Shown in pieces: positions 35,555-47,640 of a stretch of DNA of 53,174 nucleotides. This DNA is from Macrostomum lignano (Eukaryota). The position numbers and the translations under genes are program-made. The stretch covers positions 1 to 53,174 of the forward strand of contig NIVC01004253.1 of NCBI GenBank assembly GCA_002269645.1. The letters run 5' to 3'. The notes beneath the pieces were generated by a model that was not told where the DNA came from, made no database searches, and saw nothing but the letters and a program-made list of their open reading frames with translations. How positions within the stretch are numbered: position 1 is the first letter of the stretch; the number at the start of each line of letters is the position of its first letter.

Positions 35555-35712
35555 TAGGCTAATGTGGAGTATTGGTGTCTCTTAGGCATTAGGCTAGAGG
35601 AGAATATTTCCGTGTTAGACATTAGGCTAATGGAGAATATTGCCGTTTTAGACTTTAGGCTAATGGAGAATATTGGCGTGTCAGACATTAGGCTAATGGG
35701 GAATATTGTTAT
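35555..35712. repeat. 33-nt tandem repeat CATTAGGCTAATGGAGAATATTGCCGTGTTAGA (~4-5 copies)
   Basis: Tandem units read directly. Confidence 0.8.
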
Positions 35713-36359
35713 AGTAGATGTGTTGGCTAATCAATGCTTGTGTGGCCTTAAAAATAAATACATATTTTACACTTGGTCTAAAAATCCAAAGCAACCTTTT
35801 GTTATTCACTTGCTGGATGCAGAAGATTGTCGCGCAGATTAAGCTATTTTTCTATTTAATAATTAATTATTAATTTGTTCGCATTAGTAACTGTTGCTTT
35901 GCTATCTACCAAAATTGGTCAGTTTTTTAATGTTGTATCCAGCCGAGAGCTGCGTTACATTTCTGTATACAGGCTTTCTTGCTGCGCGGGCGTGGCCTCT
36001 GCTGGGAGATAATAATTGCAAATCTATTAATTACGGAAGTTTCCACAGCGCACGGATGAAACCCCATTTTTGCTGACTATTTTTGCGTATTTTTCAATCT
36101 ATAGACTAACAGTTTTGTAAAACTCTGTACCCGTATGTATTGTATTCTGTATTGTATTTTCTCCTATATTGTTATGCAAATGTTATTTGTGCTTTTCTTA
36201 TCTTAACTTATTAATAATTCCGTCAATCACGCCCAGTTATAATAAATAAAAAATTTAGTTAATTGGCGATTTTGTGGCAAATTTATGGATGCATTGCAAT
36301 TTTCCGGTTAGGTACCTGTCAGCGCATGCAGTGACGCTCTAAATAGCTAGGAGTCTTCC

Positions 36360-37800
36360 AACCCGCTCTGAAGAATTAGTGGGATATTGTGGCAGCCCGC
36401 TCTGAAGAATTAGTTGTGTTAGTTTTGGGGTATTCTGGCAGCCCGCTCTGAAGAATTAGTTGTGTTAGTTGTGGGGTATTCTGGCAGCCCGCTCTGAAGA
36501 ATTAGTTGTGTTAGTTGTGGGGTATTGTGGCAGCCCGCTCTGAAGAATTAGTTGTGGGGTATTGTGGCAGCCCGCTCTGAAGAATTAGTTGTGGGATATT
36601 ATAGCAGCCCGCACTGAAGAATTAGTTGTGGGGTATTATAGCAGCCCGCTCTGAAGAATTAGTTGTGGGGTATTATAGCAGCCCGCTCTGAAGAATTAGT
36701 TGTGGGATATTATAACAGCCCGCTCTGAAGAATTAGTTGTGGGATATTATAGCAGCCCGCTCTGAAGAATTAGTTGTGGGGTATTATAACAGCCCGCTCT
36801 GAAGAATTAGTTGTGGGGTATTGTGGCAGCCCGCTCTGAAGAATTAGTTGTGGGGTATTATAGCAGCCCGCTCTGAAGAATTAGTTGTGGGATATTATAA
36901 CAGCCCGCTCTGAAGAATTAGTTGTGGGATATTATAGCAGCCCGCTCTGAAGAATTAGTTGTGGGATATTATAGCAGCCCGCACTGAAGAATTAGTTGTG
37001 GGGTATTGTGGCAGCCCGCTCTGAAGATTTAGTTGTGGGATATTATAGCAGCCCGCTCTGAAGAATTAGTTGTGGGATATTATAGCAGCCCGCTCTGAAG
37101 AATTAGTTGTGGGATATTATAGCAGCCCGCTCTGAAGAATTAGTTGTGGGGTATTATAGCAGCCCGCTCTGAAGAATTAGTTGTGGGGTATTGTGGCAGC
37201 CCGCTCTGAAGAATTAGTTGTGGGATATTATAGCAGCCCGCACTGAAGAATTAGTTGTGGGGTATTGTGGCAGCCCGCTCTGAAGAATTAGTTGTGGGGT
37301 ATTGTGGCAGCCCGCTCTGAAGAATTAGTTGTGGGATATTATAGCAGCCCGCTCTGAAGAATTAGTTGTGGGGTATTGTGGCAGCCCGCTCTGAAGAATT
37401 AGTTGTGGGGTATTATGGCAGCCCGCTCTGAAGAATTAGTTGTGGGGTATTGTGGCAGCCCGCTCTGAAGAATTAGTTGTGGGGTATTGTGGCAGCCCGC
37501 TCTGAAGAATTAGTTGTGGGGTATTGTGGCAGCCCGCTCTGAAGAATTAGTTGTGGGGTATTATAGCAGCCCGCTCTGAAGAATTAGTTGTGGGATATTG
37601 TGGCAGCCCGCTCTGAAGAATTAGTTGTGGGGTATTGTGGCAGCCCGCTCTGAAGAATTAGTTGTGGGGTATTGTGGCAGCCCGCTCTGAAGAATTAGTT
37701 GTGGGGTATTATAGCAGCCCGCTCTGAAGAATTAGTTGTGGGATATTGTGGCAGCCCGCTCTGAAGAATTAGTTGTGGGGTATTGTGGCAGCCTGCCCTG
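36360..37800. repeat. 37-nt minisatellite GCAGCCCGCTCTGAAGAATTAGTTGTGGGGTATTGTG (~38 copies) just upstream of RPS6
   Basis: Tandem units read directly; no unique spacers. Confidence 0.97.
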
Positions 37801-37897
37801 AAGATTTTTTGAGAATGAGTCGGTGTTTGGAAAATTTTTTATTACTACAAGATCCTCTTCAAATTCTGCTGCCTTTCCGCCAGCAAATTCCAACTAA

Positions 37898-38632
37898 ATG
37901 AAGATCAACGTCAGTTTCCCGACCGCCGGGTCGCAGAAATGCTTCGAAGTTGACGACATCAAGAAGCTGACGCCATTCTTTGGGAAGCGCATGTCGGCCG
38001 AGGTGCCAGCCGACAGCCTTGGCGAGGAGTGGAAGGGCTACGTTGTCCGTATCAGCGGCGGCAACGACAAGCAGGGCTTCCCCATGAAGCAGGGCGTGCT
38101 CACCAATGGCCGCGTCCGCCTGCTGCTGTCCGCCGGACACTCCTGCTACAAGCCGCGCCGGACAGGCGAACGGAAGCGCAAGTCTGTGCGCGGCTGCATC
38201 GTGGACTCGAACCTGTCCGTGCTCAGCCTGGTGATCGTGCACAAAGGCCCCGGCGAGATCCCCGGCCTCACTGACACCACCGTGCCGCGCCGTCTGGGCC
38301 CGAAGCGGGCCTCCAACATCCGGCGGATGTTCCAGCTGACTAAGAAAGACGACGTCAGGGCGTACGTGATCCGGCAGAAGAAGAAGACCAAGGAGGGCAA
38401 GCCGGAGCGCACCAAGGCGCCGAAGATCCAGCGCCTGGTGACGCCAATTGTGCTGCAGCGCAAGCGCCATCGCGTGGCACTGAAGCGCCGGCGCGCCACA
38501 AAGAAACGCGAAGAGGCGGCCGAGTACGCCAAGCTGATTGGCCAGCGAGCCAAGGAGGCCAGGGAGCGCAAGGCGGAGAGGAAGCGGTCCCGCTCCCACT
38601 CTATGCGGGAGAGCACCAGCGCTGCTAAGTGA
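37898..38632 (+). CDS. RPS6: 40S ribosomal protein S6 (eS6), 244 aa, intronless CDS
   Basis: Hallmark motifs [60 protein letters not shown] and [11 protein letters not shown]; basic C-terminal helix ending in a Ser cluster ([12 protein letters not shown]). Confidence 0.99.
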   Translation: MKINVSFPTAGSQKCFEVDDIKKLTPFFGKRMSAEVPADSLGEEWKGYVVRISGGNDKQGFPMKQGVLTNGRVRLLLSAGHSCYKPRRTGERKRKSVRGCIVDSNLSVLSLVIVHKGPGEIPGLTDTTVPRRLGPKRASNIRRMFQLTKKDDVRAYVIRQKKKTKEGKPERTKAPKIQRLVTPIVLQRKRHRVALKRRRATKKREEAAEYAKLIGQRAKEARERKAERKRSRSHSMRESTSAAK

Positions 38633-38756
38633 AACTGGAATGAATAATCATCAACACTGACCAAACCGCGTGTCCGTGTGTGTTTGCCAGCTTTTGTGCG
38701 TTGAGCAGAGTTTGAAAAAACAAACTAAAGCCTGTTTTGTGAATTTGTTTGGCAAA

Positions 38757-38762
38757 AATAAA
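38757..38762 (+). terminator. Candidate polyadenylation signal of RPS6
   Basis: AATAAA ~125 nt after the stop, followed by a T/GT-rich stretch. Confidence 0.6.
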
Positions 38763-38911
38763 TAATACTTCTTGTTGTTGAATCGAACGATTGGCAGGTG
38801 AAAATGGATTGAAAAAATGGAATTCTTATTTTTAGCAGCCAGTCTTTTCTTTGTTTTTGTTTTCAGTATCCTGCGTTTAATTTCAGAATGCCAGCTGGCG
38901 TCAGTCTAACC

Positions 38912-39676
38912 CAGGGGTCGGCAAACTCCGACCCGCAGAGCCTCTCCATCCGGCCCTCTGGTCCTTTGAAACCGTACAATAGCCATTCGGCCCGCTCAAT
39001 GTTTATATCTCTTCTCAGCACTTTTGTCTCTAATCTTCTCTCTACTCTCTTCCTCTCTTCTCTCCTCTCTTCTCTTCTCTATCATCTCCTCTCTCCTCTC
39101 TCCTCTCTCCTCTCCTCTCTTCTCTCCTCTCTTCTCTATCATCTCCTCTCTCCTCTATTCTCTCCTCTCTTCTCTATCATCTCTTCTCTCCTTTCTTCTC
39201 TCCTCTTTTTTCTATCATCTCCTCTATTCTCTCTCCTGTCCTCTCCTCTCTCCTCTCCTCTCTTTTCTATCATCTCTCTCCTCATCTCTTCTCTCCTCTC
39301 TTCTCTATCATCTCCTCTCTCCTCATCTCTTCTCTCCTCTCTTCTCTATCATCTCTCTCCTCATCTCTTCTCTCCTCTCTTCTCTCTCCTTTTTTCTCCT
39401 CCTCTCTTCATCTCTCTCCTTTCTTTTCTCTCTATTCTCTATCATCTCCTCTCTCCTCATCTCTTTTCTCCTCTCCCCTCTCTTCTCTCCTTTTCTCTCC
39501 TCTCTCCTCTCTCCTCTTCTCTCCCCTCCTTTCTTCTCCTTTATTCTCTCGTCTCTCCTTTCTCTTAGATCCCTTCTCTTTTCGCTATTCCCTCTCCTAT
39601 CTTGCCTTCTCCAGCCCGCAGTCATTCTCTAAGTTCTCTATTCGGCCCTTGAGGTAAAAACGTTTGCCGAACCCTG
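38912..39676. mobile_element. Non-autonomous hAT (Charlie-like) element filled with a TC-rich microsatellite (~39030-39600)
   Basis: TIRs CAGGGGTCGGCAAAC / GTTTGCCGAACCCTG (14/15); perfect 8-bp TSD GTCTAACC (38904-38911 and 39677-39684). Confidence 0.9.
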
Positions 39677-40827
39677 GTCTAACCATTCAAAATCGCCGGC
39701 ATCTCTACCTGGAGCCTCTCTGACCTACGGAGGTTTTCATAAGTCTGCAGACTCCATGTTTACAGATTACTCAGATTTGACAATTGATAGAAGTCTTGAA
39801 AGCTAAAGAATCCCAATAGTAATAAACCCAGCCTGCACCCTCCCTCTACAAAGCTCTTTACGAGAATCATTATAAATCACATCGTTAAAATTTCAAAATT
39901 TCGAAACTTCGCATCGTTCAAGTCACATTTACTCCATAAGAATAAGATCAACACCTTGGATAATGGGATCTAATTAAAGATCATTATTACGTGGATGGTG
40001 ATAGGACACTTTCGGGATTGTGACAGCCACCTAATGGGAACTTGAAGGGGCAATTTCATAGGCTACAATCCCTATAATTAAGTTAGAAGCCTTAATATTA
40101 GTATAACGGAGGAAATGGCAGCTATGGCGCCCCTTCACACCAGCTGTGGCGCCCCTTTGTCAGCTGATTTTGGCGCCCTTTTCACAGCAGCTGTGGCGCC
40201 CTTGCCAGCTGATTTGGCGCCCGCTTCACAGCAATTTGATTTTCAACAAATCCATAAAGGCATATTTTTATAGTAATTCAAAGCTTAAAAACATCACTAT
40301 ACTCGTAGATTACAATACTCGTGGAAGCAATACGTTAAAGTTTCCAGTGGTCAACTTTTCCCGGCTCTTCAGCACCAAGTGCATGACGCAATTCGCAACA
40401 CGCCCGCGGTTTTCGTCTCAACTGTGGGTGATGCAATTTGCGTCACAAAGCCCTCTAGCTTGGGCCACTCTCAGTCCTCAAGTCCTCATGAACTGGTTTC
40501 GTGGTGGAAACTAAAAATATGTTGCTGAGTGCATTTCCATTGCAGGTGTCTATATTTTTCATAGTTAAATACGGTAAGAATAAAAGGCGGACAAGCAAGA
40601 GATTGTTTGCCACCCAGATTTAATTTGAAGCTGAGCTTGTAGATACATCAATATTCAAGCTTTCCTATAAATAATTTTCTTTAAAGATAGAGCTCGAAAT
40701 TTGCTTTAACTTGACCAATACGACTCGTATACGAACTACGCTCATACATTAATTATTTCGTTGATGGTAGTCATAAAAATCTATAGAATCAGCCCTAGAA
40801 CAATTTTTAAGGAAATTTTCCAGACTC

Positions 40828-41030
40828 CACCCTTAAACAATTTCCTAGAAACTTCCCGTAATCACCCGTCCACAAACTATTTCCTAGAAACTTCCCATAC
40901 TCACCCGTCCACAAACTATTTCCTAGAAACTTCCCATAATCACCCGTCCTCAAACTATTTCCTAGAAACTTCCCAGAATCACCCGTCCTCAAACTATTTC
41001 CTAGAAACTTCCCATGAAACAATTTCCTAG
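40828..41030. repeat. 39-nt minisatellite ATTTCCTAGAAACTTCCCATAATCACCCGTCCACAAACT (~5 copies)
   Basis: Tandem units read directly. Confidence 0.9.
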
Positions 41031-41049
41031 AAATTCCAGGACCGCCTAA

Positions 41050-41508
41050 AAGCAACTACTAATCAGCCACAACAGCTGGCACACAAGAATGTGGTTAACA
41101 AGAAAACAGAACGACCTTAAAATCGGCCATTCGTCGATCATTGGGCTGTTCTTCATCTTGATAATAATACTCGCAGGAGGGCTGTGGGCACCCTGGTGCA
41201 GCGCTCTCGGTGACATCGTCCCACAAGCAGCACTGAGGCAATTCTGGCCATTCCGCTGACTCTTGAGCACACGCAAGCGCGTCAATACTGTACGCAGGCA
41301 CAGCACTGAGGGTGTACAGCAGCCCTGACTTTCTAATCGTCAGGCATGTACACTGTGCCTTGGGGGTTTGGCCTTCATACGTCGGTGTGCATCGCAGTAG
41401 CCAATGTTCGTGCACACAAGCCCAAATGAATGCGGGACCGCGCGCAGAATCGAACCAAGGGCCATGGCTTGAGAGTCAGACGCGGTTACCGCCGAACTGC
41501 TCTGCCCC
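41050..41508 (-). mobile_element. Candidate tRNA-derived SINE: tRNA-Glu(CTC)-like head at 41508-41434 plus ~380-nt GC-balanced body
   Basis: - strand reads GGGGCAGAGCAGTTCGGCGGTAA..GACTCTCAA..GGCCCTTGGTTCGATTC, with A-box-like, CTC anticodon-loop-like and B-box elements; body extent inferred from composition. Confidence 0.45.
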
Positions 41509-41619
41509 AGTTGTGTATTTGGTCAACTATAAATGAGCTCGCATATTTATTTAACCCATCCAAAATGGACGGATGCATAATTTTTTAATATTATAATACT
41601 CTTATGATTTTTATACCAC

Positions 41620-42240
41620 TGATTCCCACACCCCGATTACCTCACCCTAATCCCCACACCCTGATCCCCACACCTTGATTCCCACACCCTAATTCCCACA
41701 ACCTGATTCCCACACCCTAATTACCACACCCTGATCCCCACACCTTGATTACCACACCCTGATCCCCACACCTTGATTCCCACACCCTGATCCCCACACC
41801 CTCATCCCCACACCCTCATCGCCACACCTTGATTCCCACACCCCTAAATCATGATTCCTATACCCTGATCACCACACCCTAATTATCACACTCTGATCCC
41901 CACACCCTAATTACCACACCCTGATCCCCACACCCTGATTACCACACCCTGATCCCCACACCCTGATTCCCACACCCTGATCCCCACACCCTCATCCCCA
42001 CACCTTGATTCCCACACCCCTACATCATGATTCCTATACCCTGATCACCACACCCTAATTACCACACCCCGATTACCCCACCCTGATCCCCACACCCTGA
42101 TCCCCACACCCTGATCCCCACACCCTGATCCCCACACCCTGATCCCCACACCCTGATCCCTACACCCCGATTCCCACACCCCGATTCCCACACCCCGATT
42201 ACCACACCCTGATCCCCGATCCCAACATCCTGATCCTCAC
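41620..42240. repeat. 14-nt minisatellite CCCACACCCTGAT(C/T); G-rich on the - strand
   Basis: Tandem units read directly. Confidence 0.95.
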
Positions 42241-42929
42241 GCCCCGGTGGAAAAATCGAATTCATATTCACTTTTCACTGGTATTACAGTGCTCAATTTC
42301 TGCAATGTTACATGTGTACCGCTACACTCAGGTTTATTTTTCCAAAACTCTTTCAAACAATCCTTACTTTGTAACAAACAGAATATATAATACTAGGGGC
42401 CAGTGCAGTCAGCGCTAGCACTGTTTTCTACCTTTTCTCCCATGGCAATATAAAGATCACGCGATTAGGGAAAAATGCTTGCAAGCCTTCTTTCTTAGTT
42501 TCAATATACAGAGAGGGTATACAGAAGCTGTCCATCGATCGCCTTCTTGTCTTGTAATCTTTTCTCCTCTTCTCCCACGCCCCTTCGCTTGCTTCCCATG
42601 CCAGTCTCTCTCTCTCCCCTCTCCCCTGTCCCACAGTGCATGTGTACATACATTTCACTCCGGCAGTGCTGCAAGTGCTACAGCTGTGTGCACGTCTCGC
42701 CTTCGCCATGCATGCCTGCTTGCTCGCTATAGGAGACAGGGGGGGGGGGGCTGCGCGTGCCTCCCTGCCCGCCTCTCTTTCATGGGTGCAGGTCGTTGAG
42801 ATGCAAAGCGGGACACGCTATGTTATATTGGAGAGAAATTCTCTTCATAGCTATATGCATTATGAGGGCCATCGTGTTTTTACCTGCGAAGCCTGACCGC
42901 CTTTTAAATAACATTTATGTGACGTTTCA

Positions 42930-43490
42930 ATGGGGATTGTGAAGCTTCAGTGTGGGATTGTGAAGAGTTTAATAGGGATTGTGAAGCTTCAATGTGGGAT
43001 TGTGAAGAGTTTAATAGGGATTGTGAAGCTTCAGTGTGGGATTGTGAAGAGTTTAATAGGGATTGTGAAGCTTCAGTGTGGGATTGTGAAGAGTTTAATA
43101 GGATTGTGAAGAGTTTAATAGGGATTGTGAGGAGTTTAATAGGATTGTGAAGAGTTTAATAGGATTGTGAAGAGTTTAATATGATTGTGAAGAGTTTAAT
43201 AGGGATTGTGAGGAGTTTAATAGGATTGTGAAGAGTTTAATAGGATTGTGAAGAGTTTAATAGGATTGTGAAGCTTCAGTGTGGGATTGTGAAGTTTCAG
43301 CGTGAGATTGTGAATAGTTTAATAGGATTATGAAGAGGCTAATGAGGATCGTGAAGCTTTAATGGGTATTGTGAAGCTTTAATGGGTATTGTGAAGCTTT
43401 AATGGGTATTGTGAAGCTTTAATGGGTATTGTGAAGCTTTAATGGGTATTGTGAAGCTTTAATGGGTATTGTGAAGCTTTAATGGGGGCG
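42930..43490. repeat. 20/21-nt minisatellite GGGATTGTGAAGAGTTTAATA grading into GTGAAGCTTTAATGGGTATT
   Basis: Tandem units read directly. Confidence 0.95.
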
Positions 43491-43876
43491 GTTAAGCTTA
43501 ACGGGCTTAAAGAGGTTTGTGAAATTTCCTGTTGATAGTGAAGACCGTAAAGTTTGTTTAGTTGCTCTAAAAATTTTGGGGCCCAATAGTATAGATAAAT
43601 TAATTTGGGGGCTTTGAAGAGTCGAAATACGTGCAGGAAAGAGAAGTCAGTGTACAGTGTGGCTATCGAAAAAGAATACAGATTGATTGATTGCTGATAG
43701 ACTGCAACACTCAGTCCATGAAGGCCTACACTACGATTTTTCTTTCAAAGTCTGCATACATCCTGCACTATAGAAGAAAATTTTGTAGGTTTCATATATA
43801 CATATTTCATATTGAAGAGATAAATATGATATATATTAATGTAATGCATGAATTTTAGAAAATATATACCTTAGTA

Positions 43877-44794
43877 CGTCCAAAAAGTTCTTAGACAACC
43901 CTCCTCCTATCTCTGCATCTGTTCAACAGATTTTTATAAAAATTTACACAAGTATGGGCCTATATGTAATTAATTCAATGCTAACGTTTCAGCTTAATCG
44001 GGTTGACAGAGCAAAAGCAATCGATCATTTACTGGGGAACCTACGAAATTAGCAATACGATATTTGAAGAGCATCGAATCTGGACTCCAGTGGTGACATT
44101 GCAGCGCATTGTCTGAAAATTAATCAGCAAAATATCACTGCTTTCGCTGAGTATTGATAAATACCTTAATTGATTTAATACTAATGCAAGCTGTGAAGGT
44201 TTAGCCATAGATTAAAGAGCAAAAAAGAACGCAGAGTGCGCAGAGATTCAGATTCAGAGTCAGAAGAATCTCCGATACGATGTCTGCTTGCAACAAAGGG
44301 CGGCAATTTCAGCTCTGGGAGACGAGTTCAATCTGAGCAGATTCAGCACGCAGGATGAGTCCAAGAGGCCAGCGGTTCGCCAGCTTCCCCGAGCTGCAAG
44401 CGGCTGCTGAGGGGCTGATCAGAGCGACACCTAGGGGATATGTGATCGGCGTGGATTGAGGATGAGGAGTTGCCGATGCGATATGACAAGTGCATTCGAC
44501 GGAATGAAGATTCTTCTGATGATTTTAACGATTGGTGATCTGTTTTTGAAGTTCTGGAACTTGTCAGTTTGAACTGTTTGCTCGTTAACTTTTATATTTT
44601 GTTGAGTTTAAAATAGTATTGCTAATTTCGTTGGTTCCTCAGTAAATGATCGATTGCTTTTGCTCTGTCAACCCCATTAAGCTGAAACTTTAGCACTGAA
44701 TTCATTACACTTTGGTCCATGTTTGTGTTGATTTTTATAAAAATCGATTGAACAGATGTAGAGATAGGAAGGGTGTCTAAGAACTTTTTGGACG
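43877..44794 (+). mobile_element. Internally deleted mariner-like element with ~180-bp terminal inverted repeats
   Basis: 43877-44058 matches the reverse complement of 44616-44794. Internal remnant GQRFASFPELQAAAEGLI.. / LPMRYDKCIRRN resembles a mariner transposase C-terminus. TA on the left flank, CA on the right. Confidence 0.7.
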
Positions 44795-45214
44795 CACACG
44801 TGCTGCACGTGACCGGGACAGGACGCGACAGGACATGCGGACCTTCGAGTGGATCATAGCCGCACACCCCTCTGTTCATGCCCAATTCGTTGTGTGGCAT
44901 ATAAAGAGCTATATAGAAATTAAATGCGAGAAATTCAATCTTTTCATGCATGCCAAATGCCAAATGGCACACTTCAAAACCTGTCCATTCTAGTACGGCC
45001 TGACACTCCTTCCTTCTGATATAATCCGCATATATATGAGACTATATTTTTAGCTGCATGCAGTTGCTATTCAAGATCAAAGAGTCGTCACAGACAAGAT
45101 ATGTATGTGATTGTCAGGCAGAATTTTGGTCACTTTTAATACCTGTCAGGTTAACACCTCCAATACCTGTCAGGATTGACGCCTCACTTCTGACTGATAG
45201 AAGTGAGTCAGTCA

Positions 45215-45440
45215 TTGTCTGTCAGTACTGACGCCTCGCTTCTGACACTTCCACTGTCTGTCAGTACTGACTGACGCCTCGCTTCTGACACTTCCACTGT
45301 CTGTCAGTACTGACGCCTCGCTTCTGACACTTCCACTGTCTGTCAGTACTGACGCCTCGCTTCTGACACTTCCACTGTCTGTCAGTACTGACGCCTCGCT
45401 TCTGACACTTCCATTGTCTGTCAGTATGATGCCTTGCTTC
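45215..45440. repeat. 39-nt minisatellite CTGTCAGTACTGACGCCTCGCTTCTGACACTTCCACTGT
   Basis: Tandem units read directly; each holds the palindrome GTCAGTACTGAC. Confidence 0.93.
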
Positions 45441-46269
45441 TGACAATTCCAATGTCTGTCAGGATTGAAAATTGACTCATCGCTTCTGACAGTTCCATTT
45501 TCTGTCAGGATGGACGCCTCTGACAATTTATATTGAGTACGAGCTATCAGGAATATAACAAATTATCTAATTAACTTATTTGATGCATTCTGTTTGATCC
45601 AGTGATGTATGATATAATAACTTTTTCGAAAGCAATGACGCAACTAACAATTAACACTATCAACATTGTTAGCTAAGCCTAATTATAATGGATAAAAACA
45701 TGCCACGATTGTCATCACACCTGCGGAAACGTATTACGGAGCGACTCCAATTCATTAAATATTTAGTTAACACTTCTAAGGTACCGCAATGTAGCAAAAA
45801 TCCTCACTACTTGAAGTAGATGCTCGTACTTTTTAATGAATAGACGAAATCGCCATTCCCCAGCAATAAATCAGTTCGTTAAGTATAGTTCAGGGTTTTT
45901 TATGCTCTTCAAAGCAAGGCGGCTTCATTAACAAAAAGAAATTGTTTAGCTCTATAATGAGAGCTCAATCTTGAATCCTTGAGCACACACTGCAAACTTT
46001 GCCAAGCCAGCACAGCCCCATGAGATTTCGCTAGTCAAAAAAATTGGCTAAGGGTCTCATGTGCCCCACTTCCCGGATATAGTTACTTTGCAAGCAATTG
46101 GATCGCTCTGTTTGAGCATCACAGGACTCTGATGCATTATCTATATTTTATAAACTATTAATTTTATGCTGTAGCAATTCTTCCTACACCATTAAATTGA
46201 CGACGCCACGTTGCCACCGTCTTTTTAACCTATTTTCGCATATTCAACTCGCCTTATCAGTATCACACA

Positions 46270-47640
46270 CACACGGGGGAGGCCTCCTTTTCCCTCGAAT
46301 CGTCCTCCTGTCCCAACGCCTTTCCTTCGATTGCTTACTTTGCTTTAGGTTTAGGTTTAGACCCGTCGACTAAAGCGCAAATTCCGCAGTAGACAGACAG
46401 AGCGGGGAGGGGTAGAGAAGGAGTCCTGTCTCCCTTACCGAATTCCCCACTCCGCTCCGTCCCCGGGAGGGGGGCAGGCGATTGGGGAGGGGGAGCGGGT
46501 GGCCTTCGCGCGCGCAGGCCACACGCGCAAGCTCGTTCCTAGCTGCGAGGGGCTCGTCGGTTTGCCTCGTTCAGTCTTTTTTCTATCCAGCCCGGTTTTA
46601 CCCTTCCTACACAAGCCTTTTCTCTCTCGCTCCGCAGCTGTTTACTTTGGTTGGCTTGCCAAACCCACCTCCCCAACACACTAAAGCCTTCACACGCAGG
46701 CCCCCTCCTTTACTTGGCTTCCTTCCTTTTTTCACATATCCATGCCAACCCGCCTGCGTTCCCTCCCCCGCCCCGCCCTGCGCTCACTTCCCGGTCTGTC
46801 AGGGGAGCCTGCAAGAGGGCTGCAATGTGGGTGGCGTGGTGAGAGAGGGAGGGCTGACCGTGTGTTTGGATGAAGGCGGAGTGGGGTGGGGCGGAGCGGG
46901 CTAGGGGCCTTTGGAACGAAGAATATTTTGGAAAGCTCTTCTGTATTCACTAAATTCAAGCCCCGCAGCTTTTTGGCCAACGAGGTTGGGGGTTGGTTGG
47001 CCCAGTCCCTCCAAACTAATTGGCAAAAGCCCCCCTCACTCGCATAGCCACCCTCTCCTATCTGTCTACCCCTCTCCTGGGTCAACCACCCCATTTCTCT
47101 CATTCGCTTGCTCCGGCAAAATCTCGCTAGCGTCCTACACCCACAATTTTTCTACCCCCGCCCCGCCCCGACAGCGCCAGCCATCGCGTCAATAAACTTG
47201 TTTCAAGTCAAAGGGTCTAAATGTGCGTTCAAAGCCCGCCAGGCTCTCGCGCCACCCACCCCAACCGCCACGACGGCAGAGCAGCCAACCAAAATTCTCC
47301 ACCGCCTTGAAGGACGAACCGGCCCCCCGCTTTGGCCCGTGGAGCGCCCGCTGAGACCCAATTGGGCTTGGGTTGAAGGAGAGCCGCAACGAAAATTTGT
47401 GGAAAAGGCAGTGGAAGGGGGGTTGACGGTGAAATAAAGGGTTGGACCACCCACCCCCACTTTCTCACCCCTCCCCAAGCGGTACCCACCCCTCCCCGGT
47501 TCTACCCTTCATATAGGCGTTCACTGGCCCTATTGATTTTATTCAGCCCGCCAGTCTCACCAAAGCACACCGCACACACCGGCCCAGTGTAGGCAGAGAG
47601 AGGCACGGCACGCCAAGCCCCCCTTTTAGCATTAGGCCTG
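46270..47640. promoter_or_regulatory. GC/CpG-rich island-like region upstream of the Polycomb/CBX gene
   Basis: High GC with many CpG, GC boxes (GGGGCGG ~46887, CCCCGCCCC ~47156) and G/C runs; no credible ORF. Confidence 0.45.

Noticed and set aside
36360-37800. Regular 37-nt repeats as a CRISPR array (likewise the 24-, 30- and 39-nt arrays)
   Set aside because: Units are head-to-tail with no unique spacers, there are no cas genes, and the context is eukaryotic
37859-38664. Antisense ORFs overlapping RPS6 (and similar ones over CEP104 and the R3H gene)
   Set aside because: Expected shadow ORFs of GC-rich coding sequence, with no recognisable motifs
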